Shown piece after piece: positions 26,486-40,110 of a stretch of DNA of 64,000 nucleotides. Both the position numbers and the translations under genes were made by a program. The stretch comes from Monocercomonoides exilis PA203 (lineage: Eukaryota > Protista > Preaxostyla). Location of the stretch: positions 558,001 through 622,000 of the forward strand of contig LSRY02000009.1 in the NCBI GenBank assembly GCA_001643675.2, in the 5' to 3' direction. The notes under the pieces were generated by a model. The model saw nothing but the letters and a program-made list of their open reading frames with translations. It did no database searches and was not told where the DNA came from. Within the stretch, counting starts at the first letter, position 1; each line of letters opens with the position of its first letter.

Positions 26486-28058
26486 TCAGACATTCGCAAA
26501 ATAATCAGAAACATCCAACGATAAATCTTCATAAAATTTATCGTTGAGAAAATAAAAAACTTCATGAAAGCTTGCAATGGTATCTAAGTATCCCTCTTCT
26601 TCCATCTTTTCAAAAACTTTCCTTTTGGTTGCCTTTCTTTTCTTTCTTTTCATTTCATTTTCTTCTTTTCTTTTCGTTTTTTCCATTTCATCCTCTTCTT
26701 CTTTCGTTTCATCATCTTTTTCTTCTTCTTCTTCTTCCATTTTTTCATCTTTATCCTTCTTCTTCTCCTCCTCCTCTTCTATTTCATCGTCCTCTTTTTT
26801 TTCAATTCCATTATTCTCCTCATCTTCCTTTTCATCTATCTCCTCGTCTTTTAGTCTTTCTGAAATAAAAGTGTATAAATGCAAAAAATTCCCTATAATT
26901 TCGTCATCCAGTGTTTGTTGCTGAATCTCCTCCAAAATAGCATCAATGGCTCCATCTTTCAACAAGCTATCAATTTTCACTCTTCCATTTTCTACCGCTT
27001 CTTTGAATGAATAAATGTATCCATCGTACATGTATCTGTCATTATTATTTGATAATCGATACACTCGAATCATGCTCCCTATAAGCCCAATAAGTTCTTT
27101 GTTCCACAATTTGCACGAGGAAAGGTAATAATCAATAACCCTGAACCATCTCCTGATAACAAGTGCTTCTTCCGTTTCTTTTCTTCTTTCTTCTTTTCTC
27201 TTCCAATCCACACTCTTTGACAGATCTTCAATTTCTCTTCTTGCCTCTCTTCCAAAATGCAGCTCGTTCACAATCACTTGTTCCAGGCTTTTGTTCTGGG
27301 AAAATCTAAAAATCAAAAACTGCCAAGCAGACTGATACGCAAGATGTGTGAGATTGCCACATTTCTGGTGATATTGGATTATTTCTTTGATTTTATTCAA
27401 ATACAGCTCATTTTTTACACCTTGGAAATTAGGAAAAAACCAAAAATATCAAAAAGGAAAAAGAAATATTCACACATTAAGCGACTCAATGCAACTCAAA
27501 GCCAACAAAGAAATTTCCTTTTCCTTTTGAGTTTCTTCATTTTCCTCTTTCTTCAATATTGCTTTCAGAATACAGGGAACACAAATACCAAGTAATTTCC
27601 AATAAACCCGGTAGTTAAACAAATGATAGCATTCGCAAAGATCAACAAGAAGCTTTCATTCTTTCCTTCTTTTTCTCTTCAACAATCATCTTCTCAATTC
27701 TTTCGTTCAAAGAAGATTTCCCAAAGCTTTGAATAAAAATTCTCTTCAGCCTGGTGCAATATCCAATGTGTTTCAACAACAGAATTGCATTTTCCATTGA
27801 AATTTTCTTTTCATCTATCATTTTTAGAATTTTGTCGAACAGTTCTTTTGTGAAAACGGATTTAATCTCTTCTTTATTCATTCCATCAATTATCCCCTTC
27901 ATTTCTTCAATTTTCTGTTTCTGATCTTCCTCATCGCAATCTCCAAGCTCGTCAAACAATTCTTCAATAAAAACAAAGAAAAAATGCAATAAGCAAATAT
28001 TCACTTGCAATAACAATTGCAAGCTATTGAATATTTTTGTGTTGTTTATTTCCTGCAT
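26486..28058 (-). pseudogene. Same multicopy helical family, copy 3, frameshifted, with an acidic insertion
   Basis: ATG 28058 (MQEINNTK); same motifs as copies 1 and 2; frameshift near 27660 (KKKERMKASC* vs RLLVDLCECY); Glu/Lys-rich insert near 26650-26850. Confidence 0.7.
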
Positions 28059-30953
28059 TATTTTCTTTTTTTTTAAAAAAAATTTGTTCAAGAAAGCAAT
28101 AATATTTCGGCCATTCACATTGAATTCGCATATGATCGAATAGAAGAAATAGTTTAAAAATAAAGTCTCAAATCAATCAAATAAAATATGTGTGCTCATA
28201 CTGTTTTTTCTTTTGTTGACATTCTGGCCAAGCGAATATGGAGAAAAACAACGCTTTTTCGATTTTTCTTTATTTGTTATGGATTCAATGATCAAATTGT
28301 TTTCTTTGAACGAGATTATCCTTGGAAAGATGAGAGATTGGCGAATGAATCTATCCTGCAGAATCAATTGTATTATTTCACATGCTAACATCAATCACTG
28401 GAAAAACATTGCGAGCGATGAAATTCATTCTGTTTATTTTTGGAAATCGGAAGACAAACGAAATGCAACAATTTAAATTTTTAATGAAAATATCAGCATG
28501 TGTGTATTTTGTATTTATCTATATAATGTGAAGATGTTTCTATCCGTATCCTTTCCAAACGAAAGAAATCGGGCATGCTGTTGAAATGGCCAATCTCCTC
28601 TTTGCAGAGCAAGACGATGAGAATGGGCCCGATATTTTCACTGCAATTGGAAATGAAAAGAATTTATAAAAAGACACTTTACCCTTGTCTTTGGACTATA
28701 TTGTCAAAGCATTGTCTGCTGGAGCAGAAAATGAGGTTGTAATGTTGAGAACATCTTCTGATAGAATATATCCAACATATGATATCTCGATAAGAACTTC
28801 GTCTTCTTCTTCATCGCCTTCGTCGAAGCTATCATTGTTTTCATGTGCACCTCCACAACAAATGTCATTATATATGTATTTTTTCCTTCTTGGTCATTAT
28901 TTTCTTTGTGTTCCTCTTCTTTTTATTCTTCTTCTTTTTCTTTTTCTTCTTCTTCTTCTTTGGTGATATCATCATTAGGCATTTTGTTCATTTGTGTTTT
29001 TTGAGGAATGCCACATGCATATGTCTGAACCTCTATTGGCAACGATCACCTTCTGATCAACGATTGGAAGCCAGTTGTTGTTTGTGACATTCTCTGCTGT
29101 GTGAATGTTCCACATTCTTTTTGTTGGAGTTGTCGAACCACAATTCATGAATGGAAACTTGGGGATAACATTGAAACAAATGAAGCTGGAGAAAACCAAC
29201 TTTTTTCTTTCGAAATCAAAAATTTGCCAATTAATAGTTGTAATTGTTTGTTGCCCACCTTTAATGTTTGTTTTCTGAAAAAGTTATGTTTCATAAAATA
29301 AATCGAAAAGATATAACTATTTTTTTTGTTTTTTTTTTAATGGGCAATCTGAGTTTTCTTTTGATCAGCAAAGTGAAGATCTTTTTGATGCGTTTTCCAT
29401 GTTGCTCTGAATCGAGAATCCATTGCTTTCATATTTTTTTCAAAAAAGAAAGAAAAAAGACATCATTCAATATTTGTGAATCGATTATTAGATTCACTGT
29501 TTATTGGAGAAGTTGAAAAATTATCAACTCACAGAAAAAAAACGAGTTGGATTGTGATGCAAAAAAGAATGACAAATAAGTGGAAGAGAGGCAAAGAAAT
29601 GAATCTGAAGGACAGTCACAGTTGATTGAGTCCTTCATCCGAGAAATCTTTCTCAAAGATTTTTGGAAGTTTGATTGATGTGATGAAATATATCATTTTG
29701 ATTGTTTTGTTCAAATGAAATTGTTTGTGAAGAATATCCTGAATAGCTTTTCCAGTCCAATCCAAAAGAAATCCAAACTTCTCTATGAAACCATTTTCAT
29801 TTGTTCGATGAATCTTTCCATCCTTTTTTGCAAAATCTTTCAACATAAGTCATTCAACCACAATGTGGGTGATTAGTCTTTTGAATTGCAACTTTCTTCA
29901 CTTTCATGAAACATCAAAGTTCTGCCCAGAGCAAAGGCAGGAGCAATGATGACTGAGACTTTTGCAATTAAATTGGAGAATGGAGATGATTATTATTTTT
30001 GAACCAACTTTCAAAAAGTGTATTTGAAGATTGTTGATGTTCAATGTTTTTGGTTGTGATAAAAGAAATATCAAATGCATAATGCGAGAAACATTGTTTC
30101 TTTTTGAAAACAACAGAGGAAACTGAACGAGAAAAAACAAATCTTGAGTGAGTCAAAATGTTGTTTGAGTATCCATATTAAAGAAGTGGATCTTGTTGGT
30201 AAATGAGGATTTCTGATTTTCTAATTCAATTTTAAAGTTTCAGCTTTTGAAAAAACACTCATCAATGATAAAAGAAATGCAATTCGGTGTTTTCGATTGC
30301 TTTGTTTTCGATCTTTTCAATCCAATTGGCAAGCTCAATAATACAACAGGTGATGAATATAAAATGTGAAATGAATCAATGAATGAATGAATGAAAGATA
30401 ATTAAGTCTCTGGAGAAGAGGATTGACCGACTTGTAAAAATTAATGAAGATCACTTTCTTTCAAAAGGAATCAAGATCGCTTGTCAAGAAGCATTTTCCA
30501 ATGCTCCTGGCTTGGTCTTCTCGCCTCAAAGACAGAAGATGAACGAAAAACATGTTCAACCAAAAATCAAATGGGAGTTATAAAATGGAATGAATAAGTG
30601 AATGAATGAAATTATAAAACAATTGATCAGCAGATGTGTGGAAGCAAAGCTCCACAAAATTCTGCTTTGATCCTTCTCCAGCAAAAATGGTGTTGCAAAA
30701 GAACATATAATCAAAACATTTCAAACAACGCAAATGGTACAAACAACAATAGTATAAAAGTGAAATCGAACAAAAAGTGAAGAAAACGGAAAATTCAGAG
30801 AAATTGACTATTAATTGAAAAAAATACAAATACAAATGCAAAAACAAAAAATATACAAAAATGAAGAACAACAAAAACAATAAAATCTCTTCTAAGCTTA
30901 ATTAATCGTCTTTGCCTCTGTTCTGTTGGCCCATCACTTTTTCGTTTTGTCAC

Positions 30954-33900
30954 TTATGCTCGTTGTAGAAGGGCGACTGTCCCTTGTTTGCCTGCCCTTC
31001 TCCCTGACTCTTCCAACTCTTCCGACTCCTCTGACTCCTTACAGCACATCGCATCTGTCATCGTCATTACCATCGCCTCAGCCGGAAACTTCCCAAAAAA
31101 TGTTCGTTTCAGCTCCATCAGCGTGGGTCGTCCATCAGCCTTTGCCGAAAGACAGCTCTGCATCACCCCAAACAGATCTGATTCCTCTACCAGCTCCAGC
31201 CTCGGCCTCTCCCCGTTCACAATCTTCTCCCCTGCAATCACTGCCTCATACTCTCCAAACGGAACATGAAGCGTCAAACACTCCCACAGCATTATCCCAA
31301 TCGAGAATACCACTGACTCCTTTGTCGCTCCCATCTTCTTGTTGATCAGCAGCTCTGGCGCTTTCCACCTCAGGCACTCTTTTTTGAAATCATCCTCATC
31401 CTCAAACGCTGATGAAGGCAGAGAGTCATCCTCATCATTATCATCAGTTGCAGATGTCACGACGGTTGATGATGAGATGGAGGATGAATCTGAGTCTGAA
31501 GATGAGAAGTCTGAATGCATAACAATGCAGATCACCATGTGCTCGGAAAACAGCACAATGTGTGGACTCAGGTTTTCTAAGGATGAAAGTGGATTTTCCA
31601 TTTCATCAAATAAGTGCAGTGCTCCATTCACCACCCAGAACAAGACCTGTGCAGCTGTCAGCTCTCTCTCCTGCAGAGTGCCTATCGCCATCTCCTTCTT
31701 CTCGTTCCTTCCATGAAGCAACATGAACAGCGAATCCCTCAGATCCACAATCAGCTTCTCATGAGGAGATGAACAGGCCATAGCATCCACCAGATTCGAC
31801 ATCGACGAGGTGGTGGGGCACAGTTCTTCTCCCCGAACAAATGTTGAATCTGAATCAGTTGTTGACGTGGAAGAAATTGATGGTGATGGAGTTCTCTTCC
31901 TTGTTTCCTCCTCATCATCAACCTTCTCCAGCATCCACTCTGGAATCTTGTCTGAATCTCTTCCCAATATATATTCGGTTGAGCCACTCTCAGACAGAAG
32001 ATGCTCAGATGACTCTGAGTGTCCCAAGCTTTTCTCAAACACCCTCTTCTTCATCCTCTCTTCATTCTTCTTCTCTGTCTCTCTCTCAGCTCTCCTCCAC
32101 TGCTCCACTGGTGACATTTCCATCGTCACCATCTCAAACGCCTTCGGATCTTTTCTAATATTATCATCAATAATCTCCTGTATTTTTTCGCTTCTTCTTT
32201 TGCTTCCTCCATCGAAAAATTGTGAAAATTGAAATAATTACCAACAATACAATGAAAACTGCACATACAACCACAAAAAACAACCAATTAGATTTTCCTT
32301 CTTTTCCTCCTTCAACAACTTTATCATCTCCTTTTGCCTTTGGTTCTGTTTTGTTCTTCAGAATCAGCGGAGAACTTGCGGCCAATTGCTTTCCAAACGA
32401 AATCATCACATATTCCTCTGTTTCATCTGAAGCCAATGAAATATTTTCTGATGGAATTCTTCCAATCAGCTCAGTTTCTGATATGAAACTGTCTTCCTCA
32501 AAGTGATATGTCTCAACCAACTCCACATCCCCTGTTTTATACACAAGTTTGAATGACAAATCACATGGCACAAACAGAGATCCCTTGAATTTAATTCCAA
32601 TGTTGCCTCCATTTTCATTCACAGAAACATCTTCCAGTTGGGGAATGAAGAAAGGCGATGAACTTTCTCCTGCTATCCCTCTCAAATCACATCCATCATT
32701 CAAGATTCAAAGAGAAGAATTGGGCATCAGTCCATCTCCTCCCTTCAAGCTCGAAATGGTCAGTGACGCAGAATCTGAACAAATGATGTTTCTACAAAGA
32801 GAAGTGTATTTTTCAATGAATGGCTCATTATTGATGAATTCTTTTTTCTCAATTGTCATATTACCAGAAGATATGGATAATCCGCCTAATGAAGAATTCG
32901 AAATAATCACATCCTTCATCACTAACGAAGAATTTGATGAATGAATAAGAGACCCATTCCATTGACAGATATCTGTTATTGTATTCATATCCTCAGTTTC
33001 ACTTTCTTTTGCAAGCATTCCAAAAAATCGACAAGAATCCATTGAAACATCCTTCATATCATGCACCTCAACAACACTTCCTTTGTCAGACAGAGAATTG
33101 CAATTTGTGCAAGAACAGTTTGAAAACTCGAAATGAGCAGAGGTTGATGAAGCTGAGAGAACAGAAGCGCCTTCTGAATTCCTTGAACAGTTGTTGAATG
33201 AGGAGATTCCAATTGAAACTATTCCTGAAGTGGATCCATGAATCGCAATGATGCAACCTTCAGACAGATTCACTCCATCCGCAGATACTCCATTCAATGC
33301 AATTCTTCCACAATTGCCAATCTCAAACACGTTTGTTGCCGATTCAATTTGTTTCAGTCTCACATTCATCAATGAAATCTCATCTCCACAAAACAGAAAC
33401 AATGATTTCTTGAATGAAAGCATTGATACTGAGCAGTTATCAACATGAAGAATTCCATTTTCGATGTTCAACAATGTTGAATTGAGAACAACAGCTTCAA
33501 TGTTTTCTGATTCTCCAATCGAAGAAAAACCAACAAATGAAAGAGAGAGCTGACCATTCATTCCATGAATGATAGAATTGCCTGAATACAAAAATGACTG
33601 AACAAAATTGAATTTCAATCTCTCAATCCGAACATTCTCTGAGGTTGCAATGAGATTTCCCTCGTTTGTTATTGCTGAGTTCAGATACACCAAAGCGGCT
33701 GAATGAGATTGAAGTGAGCGGATGATCACATCCTTTGCTTCACATTTCCCAACAATAATTGTTTGCCCCAAGATCAACAGCTGAGAGTACAGAGATGGAA
33801 TAATGTGCATCACTCCCTCACTCAATGAGTGACATGGAATACTTGACTCTCCACATTGCTTGCTATCTGTGTGGTTACCTGTTGCTGAAGACACAAATAT

Positions 33901-36900
33901 CGTCTCGCTCTGGTATTTCACAACCCTCAGGAGAAGATCTTCTTCCCCCACAAAAGAGTCTGTTTCACATCCCCACATCGCCAGATCCTTCACAAATGGC
34001 AATCTGAAATCCAGCAAGAATTGCCCATCAACAATCTGTGTTTCAATTGAGTGGCATCGAACATACACATCTCTCCCTCTGAACGCAGAGTAGTCCCTGA
34101 ATGTGATATTCGACAACACAAAGTTCAGAGGCTGCTCAGCTGTCGAGGTGCACTCCAGAAACAGCCACCCGCCTCTTCCTGTGCTCGAGCAGAAGCACTC
34201 AGATATCGTGCAAAATGAGCAATCAAAGTTTCCTCCCTCATTCAACAGGGCAAACATTGCCCCTCCTTTTCCACACTTCAACCCTCCACACTTCTTCATC
34301 GTTGTGTTTCTTATAACCATTTTCAAAGGATCATCATTGTTATTTCGAATGATGGGAATATCACTTGTTATGTTTTGAGTGACTTCTTCGAATGAACTCC
34401 ACTCAATAATTATATCTTGTTCAGCTTCGTTTTTCTCTCTTCTTGAACTCTTTAATATCCTCAATCCGCTTGCTCCATCCAGCTCAACATTCTTCATTGT
34501 CAAGTTCTTAATGTTCAAAATCGTTGAAGATAACACAGAAATAACATCCTGTGAAAAGCAGAGTGACTGCAATGTTACAAATCCCAATTGAACTGTCCCT
34601 TCATCTGCTTTGATCAATCCAAAATCAGTAATTTCTTCTTCTCCACTCTCTTCATTTTTTGTGAATGAACAGTCTTTCAGATTCAGCAATCCCTCGCTTG
34701 AGCCAACATGCATCAAATAATAGACTCCACTCATGAATGAAGAAGGAATCACAAAGTTAATTAATTCCAATTTTGTAATTCCAGAAATCATCATTGCTGC
34801 TTCTGCTCCTTCAAGCGAAAACTGACATTCCAAAGAGCAAGTTTCACCGTCATTCGATTTTATTGATATATCACTGAGATTTACACTTTTCTGAAGAATT
34901 CCTTTTCCAATGATGTTAATGATCCTTTCATTTCCTTCAGGCAATCGATCCAAACAATAATCAATTGAAAGACAAGGATAATCTGAGAATCCACACGCAC
35001 CCATGTCTCTTCCTGCACCCCCAATAAATATCTCTGACCCAATCGCTCGCCAGAAATTGACCAGTGGAATGGCATTCGTTGAATCATTTCCATCAAAACC
35101 TCTCATAGAATCCAAGGAAAAATTGGACAGATGCTCAGATACAAATGGAAGAGAGGCGTTTGTGATGCTCTTCGTCAAGTTCAATGCTTCCACAAAAAGA
35201 TCATTTCCATATTTTGCAACATTTGGCTTGTCTGCCTCAAAAATAGGAGATGAGATCACAAACGAAGAATCATCATCAATTAACTTCAATGCCATCCCTC
35301 CACCAAAGCCAATCTTCCTTTCTTCTGTTGGTGCTGTGCATTCTGTGAATGTGCACGAAATAATATTTATTTGAATATTCCCTTTCAACTGAGCATCGAT
35401 GGCTCCTCCTCTGCTTTCATCAGTCTGCACAGAACATCCGTCAAATAAACATTCTTCAATATTTATTTGTGTGTTTGTATTTTCGTTGTTACCATTATCG
35501 ATGCTCACACATCCTCCACTTCCAGATGTTCTTTCGATTTCTGTGAAATTGCAGTTCGTCATGTTCAACCATTTGGTGCTCATTAACTCAGCCTTAATTC
35601 CACTTCCAGACAACGAGATCAATGGATAATTGCTCAAGGTGATTGAAGAAGCCAAAAACGAATCAATAGATAATGATCCAGACTCAAAAGATAAGAATAG
35701 AAATTCCATTTCTGATGAACGCATCTGAAGAGAAAGAGAGCAATGAGACAAAGTCAGTTGTGAAGAAGAAGAAATAAAAGTGGAGTGTGATGAGAGAGAA
35801 GAAGGAAGAGAGAAGATTAGTTTTGATAATTCTGTTTCAACACTTGCTGTTATCGATGTTGAATTGGATGTTTCACTTGAATCGGAGACTGTCCAACCAC
35901 TTTGATCATCATTTCCTCTGATTTCATGCTTCTGATCAGCAAAGGCTAATTCATCACTCATCAAAATCATTCCATTCACAACAACTTTCTTTTCACCTGT
36001 AAAACGTGTGAGGGAGTGCTTCAAGGTCAAACATGGGAATTGAACAATTCTACAACGAGAATGATATGATGCCTCAGTGTTACTCACTTGTATTTCTTCT
36101 GGGGTGGGAAGAAGATAGATGCACAGAGGAATGGCTGCACTCGTATTTCCATTGTCGTATCCTCGGACTTTGTCAGCAGAATCTGATGATGTCGTAACGC
36201 ATGTGATTTTTTGTGACTTTGTTGTTTTTTCCAGATTTGGGGAAATAACAAAAATGTCTCTTCCCCACTTGGCTGTGTTTGTTCCAAAAGAAGAGGATAT
36301 AAGGAAATTGGGATTTTCATTCAATAATTGAAGAAGGATTCCTCCCCCAAGACCATCTGTTGCTGAACAATAGCATTTATCGAAAGATCCACCTTTCACT
36401 TTCACTTCATTTGCTTCTCCAACACGTAGCATCATCGATCCCCCATCAGTTGATGTTCTGCTTATACATCCTTCAAAAGTGCTCGAATTCACATCAATGT
36501 TGGCCTTGTCATTCGAAAACGACATCACTGCTGCTCCGCTCGTTGTTCTCTCAATTCCATCAAAGGCACACTCGGAAAGTGTCAATGAAATCTCATTTGT
36601 CGAAGAAAGCGAAAACAATGAATTTGTGGAAATTGTCTTTGCCCAGTTCACATGTTCCATCTGCAACATCCCATTCTGAATGTTTATCAATTCTGTCGAA
36701 AATGTTGTTTCTGTTGATTGTCCGCTCCCAACAGATATGTTCAGATAGCTCATCTTCATCTCTCCTGCTCCTGTAATCTCAAACAGCCTTGACCCACGGT
36801 TATTTGCATGTTCCGAGTTGTGCACAAGATCAAAGTCTCTGACAGACAAGATGCCTGTTGAGACTGAAAAAAGAGATAAGCCCAATGCCTCTAGTTCTGT

Positions 36901-38709
36901 TTGTATCGTTGAGCTTAAATTACTTTGGCCATAAACAGTAAAACTGTCTGTTCCACAATTAAAACTATTTGTTTCGAATATTGTTCCTGTGAGTATTTCG
37001 ATATCAGTCACATATTCAGGAATAAGTTGGGTAAAACAATGGCTGATTGTGCTTCATGGATGAGATTCGTTTAATCCGCACACACTTGTGTCTTTGGCAT
37101 TCGGCTGCGTTTGAACTGAAGAGACAAACCTAATTCTTCCAAAATCATTTCGAAGCCATTCACTTTTGTCAACAATTGAAGACGTATATACACTAACTCT
37201 CCTTGTCGTTTGCCTTGTTGAATAGCAACTTGGATCAATGTTGTTTGCTGCTGAACTTCGAAGAAAAATATCATGCCCAGCTTCTTCGCACGTGTTATTG
37301 TGAAAAAAACAGAAGAAAAGCAAAATTCCATCATTATTTGTGTTAATTAACATCCCGATAGCGCCTCCTCCACACATTGAATAACAATGACAAAAGAGAC
37401 AATTCGAAATAGCAACTTGATCAGTGCAATTCCAATGTTCAATTGCTCCTCCCCAAGAATTTGAAAAGTTAAGTGCACAACATTTCATAAAAAATGAATT
37501 AATAATGCATTTCTTCTGCCTCAGAGTTTTTGTTGGACGCAGATCAATTGCTCCTCCGTCATTTCCTGAAAAACAGTTTTGAAAAGAACAATCATTAACC
37601 ATTGATTGCACATACACAAACTCTGCCATAATTCCTCCTCCTCCAAAGTCCGAGGCGACTTGTGCTGAGCATTGAGTAAATAATGAATGAAGAACAATGC
37701 ATTCTGCGATTTTCAAAGCATATATTGCTCCACCTCTTGTCGAAGAAATGCATCTTTCGAAAGAACAATTTTCAACAGTGAGAAAAGCATTTTCATTGTC
37801 ATGAACAAAAAGGGCCCCTCCTTTTGGTGCTGTGCAATCAATCCATTCACACAACGAAAAAGACTGACAATCTGTTGTGTCCATTCATTGTTTTCTTTCA
37901 AGATCATTCATTTCTCTTTTCCCGAAGTTTATTGTTGTGTTTTTGCAGAAGAATTCATGTGAAGAATATGACCCACTTGAAATCCCTCCTTCAAAAACAT
38001 TCACACATGAACAAATGAGGCAGTTCTCCATCGAACTTCGAAAACATGAATGCTCCATGTAATAATCACTTTTCTTGGAAGATTTCACAGACATGTTCCT
38101 GAAGGAACAGTCATTGATCTGTTCGCTGTGGCTCTTTCATGAAACAAGAAAATTGTCTGATGAAGAAATATCCAGATCCGAAAGCATGGAATTTCTCAAA
38201 TCCAATGTATTCGAATCATCAGATGAAAATACGAGGCTGGAAGGGTTAATATTCTTTTGGGGGATCAAACTCATGTTTGTGAGGCATATTGACCCACTTT
38301 GCAAATAAAACGGAGATGATGATTTTTGGTGGGAAATGCAGGAATCCAGCATTACCATCGACTTTTCCGTTATTAGCAAAAATTGTGAGGAAGAACGTTC
38401 AATCGCCACATTTTTCAGTTCAGCTGAAGTGTTGAATAATCTCAAAAATGTATTAATTGCTGTTGACCCAACTTGCTGCAATCCTTTGGTTTCGCAAAAG
38501 GTGTTCCTCTTTTCTTCATTTTTTAATTCTCTGTTTGTCTGAAAATGTGCATCGTTTGAATTGTCTCCATTCGAATAAACAGGGTTATTATGCAATTGAG
38601 AAATAAAGCGAGTATGTTGGCTTTCGAAAAAATATTCTTGTGTGGCATCATGCAACATTAATTTCCCGGCAAGGAGCAAACATGCGAAAAGAAATAGATG
38701 CATACTCAT
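30954..38709 (-). pseudogene. Large type I surface protein: signal peptide, beta-helix (pectin-lyase/Pmp-like GGA[I/L] repeats), TM helix, kinase-like C-lobe (pseudokinase); interrupted
   Basis: Signal-like MSMHLFLFACLLLAG; repeated GGAI/GGG motifs and CG-x4/5-PC motifs; TM WLFFVVVCAVFIVLLVIISIFTIF; RWKAPELL...VFSIGIMLWECLTLHVPF kinase subdomains VIII-IX without HRD/DFG. Four in-frame TGA (38137, 37885, 37054, 32707) and one frameshift near 32190. Confidence 0.85.
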
Positions 38710-39598
38710 CCTGGCTAATCAACTTTTCTGTTCGATAAAATTAAATAATACTTAAGATCGATATAATTAATTTTTTTTAAATTATGTTCATTCGTGAAAT
38801 ATTTAAGGATATGTTCTGAAATATTAGAATATGAAATATTTTGTTTGTGAAGATCAATATGATTGAGCACATTGATAAAGAAAAATGGTTGATAAACATT
38901 CATCATTTTTTGAGATCACATGATGATTGTTTATTTTCAAATAAAAATTTGCATTTTTAGCAGATACATTTTGAAAGTGAAGCAAAATGTGAAAAATGTT
39001 TATAATTAATTTCGGTGTTGGAATTTTGCGAAAAACGAAAAAAAGGCATTAGCAGATAAATGATGTTGGACTTTAACGAAAGAGATAAATTATATTTTAT
39101 GAAACACGCAACATAAATATGCAATGTTTTTTTATAAATGATTCCTTTTTAAATTTTCAATTCAAAAATACTTAAAATTCTTTCAATATCTTTTCATCCA
39201 TTGATCATTTTTTTCAAATCAATCTTTGGAATACGTCATTAACAGAATGCAATTCACATTATGATAAAGCAATTAGTATTTTTTCAAAAAAAAATACTTT
39301 TTTTTTCATGAAAAGAACAAATTCTCGATATTGTTTTGTAATTTTCTTTATAAAACATCAAAAATATATTTTTGAATCAAAATCAATAATGATTCAGGTC
39401 TTCAAGATTTATCATTTGAAAGTGAATGGTTTTTTGAGATGGAAAAGTTATATAATAATTCATTGGTTAAAAATGACTCCAGAATCAGATAATAAGATAT
39501 TGTTAGTGTTAATAATGGAGTACACTTTCAATTACCCTTGACAGTTATATTTCTTCACCAAACCCAATTATTTCTTCAATTAACACAAATTTCCAAGA

Positions 39599-39853
39599 CA
39601 TATATGTCTAATTTTTTATTTGATAAGTTCCTTTCGTTCGATTTTCACATTAAACAAAAAGTTCATATTTTTATCAAATTTCTGTTCCCACTAACGAAAC
39701 TTTTCTTAAATGAGAATAATGACATTGCAATGATTTAATTTTCAAAATAGCGAAATTTGGTGAGTGGGAACAGAAATTTGATCGAAATATGAAATTTCAG
39801 CTTTATTTGATAATTAAACAAAAGGAACTTTTAAAAAAATTTAGCCATATATG
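39599..39853. repeat. Foldback/MITE-like inverted repeat A
   Basis: CATATATGTCTAATTTT...ATCAAATTTCTGTTCCCACT is inverted to AGTGGGAACAGAAATTTGAT...AAAATTTAGCCATATATG. Confidence 0.75.
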
Positions 39854-40110
39854 GGTTATTCTTGATGAAAAGATGCAAATGTTTAATATCTGGGTTTTGT
39901 AATAATCAACCTTATTTGAAAATTTTTAGTTACAATTCTATCACTCTTTATTATTTTGCAAGTCAAAATAATGAGACTCATGTGATTCGAGAATATGTTC
40001 ATTGCAAAAATATTTGATGGATTTATTTCCAAAAATTATCAAATAAGGTTGAATTTTTCAAAACCCAGATATGAAACATTTGCATCTTTTCGAAAAGAAT
40101 AACCCATATG
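39848..40110. repeat. Foldback/MITE-like inverted repeat B, abutting A
   Basis: ATGGGTTATTCTTGATGAAAAGATGCAAATGTTTAATATCTGGGTTTTG is inverted to CAAAACCCAGATATGAAACATTTGCATCTTTTCGAAAAGAATAACCCAT. Confidence 0.8.

Noticed and set aside
29400-30560. Possible decayed gene on the minus strand
   Set aside because: Only short stop-riddled fragments with no motif I can assign.
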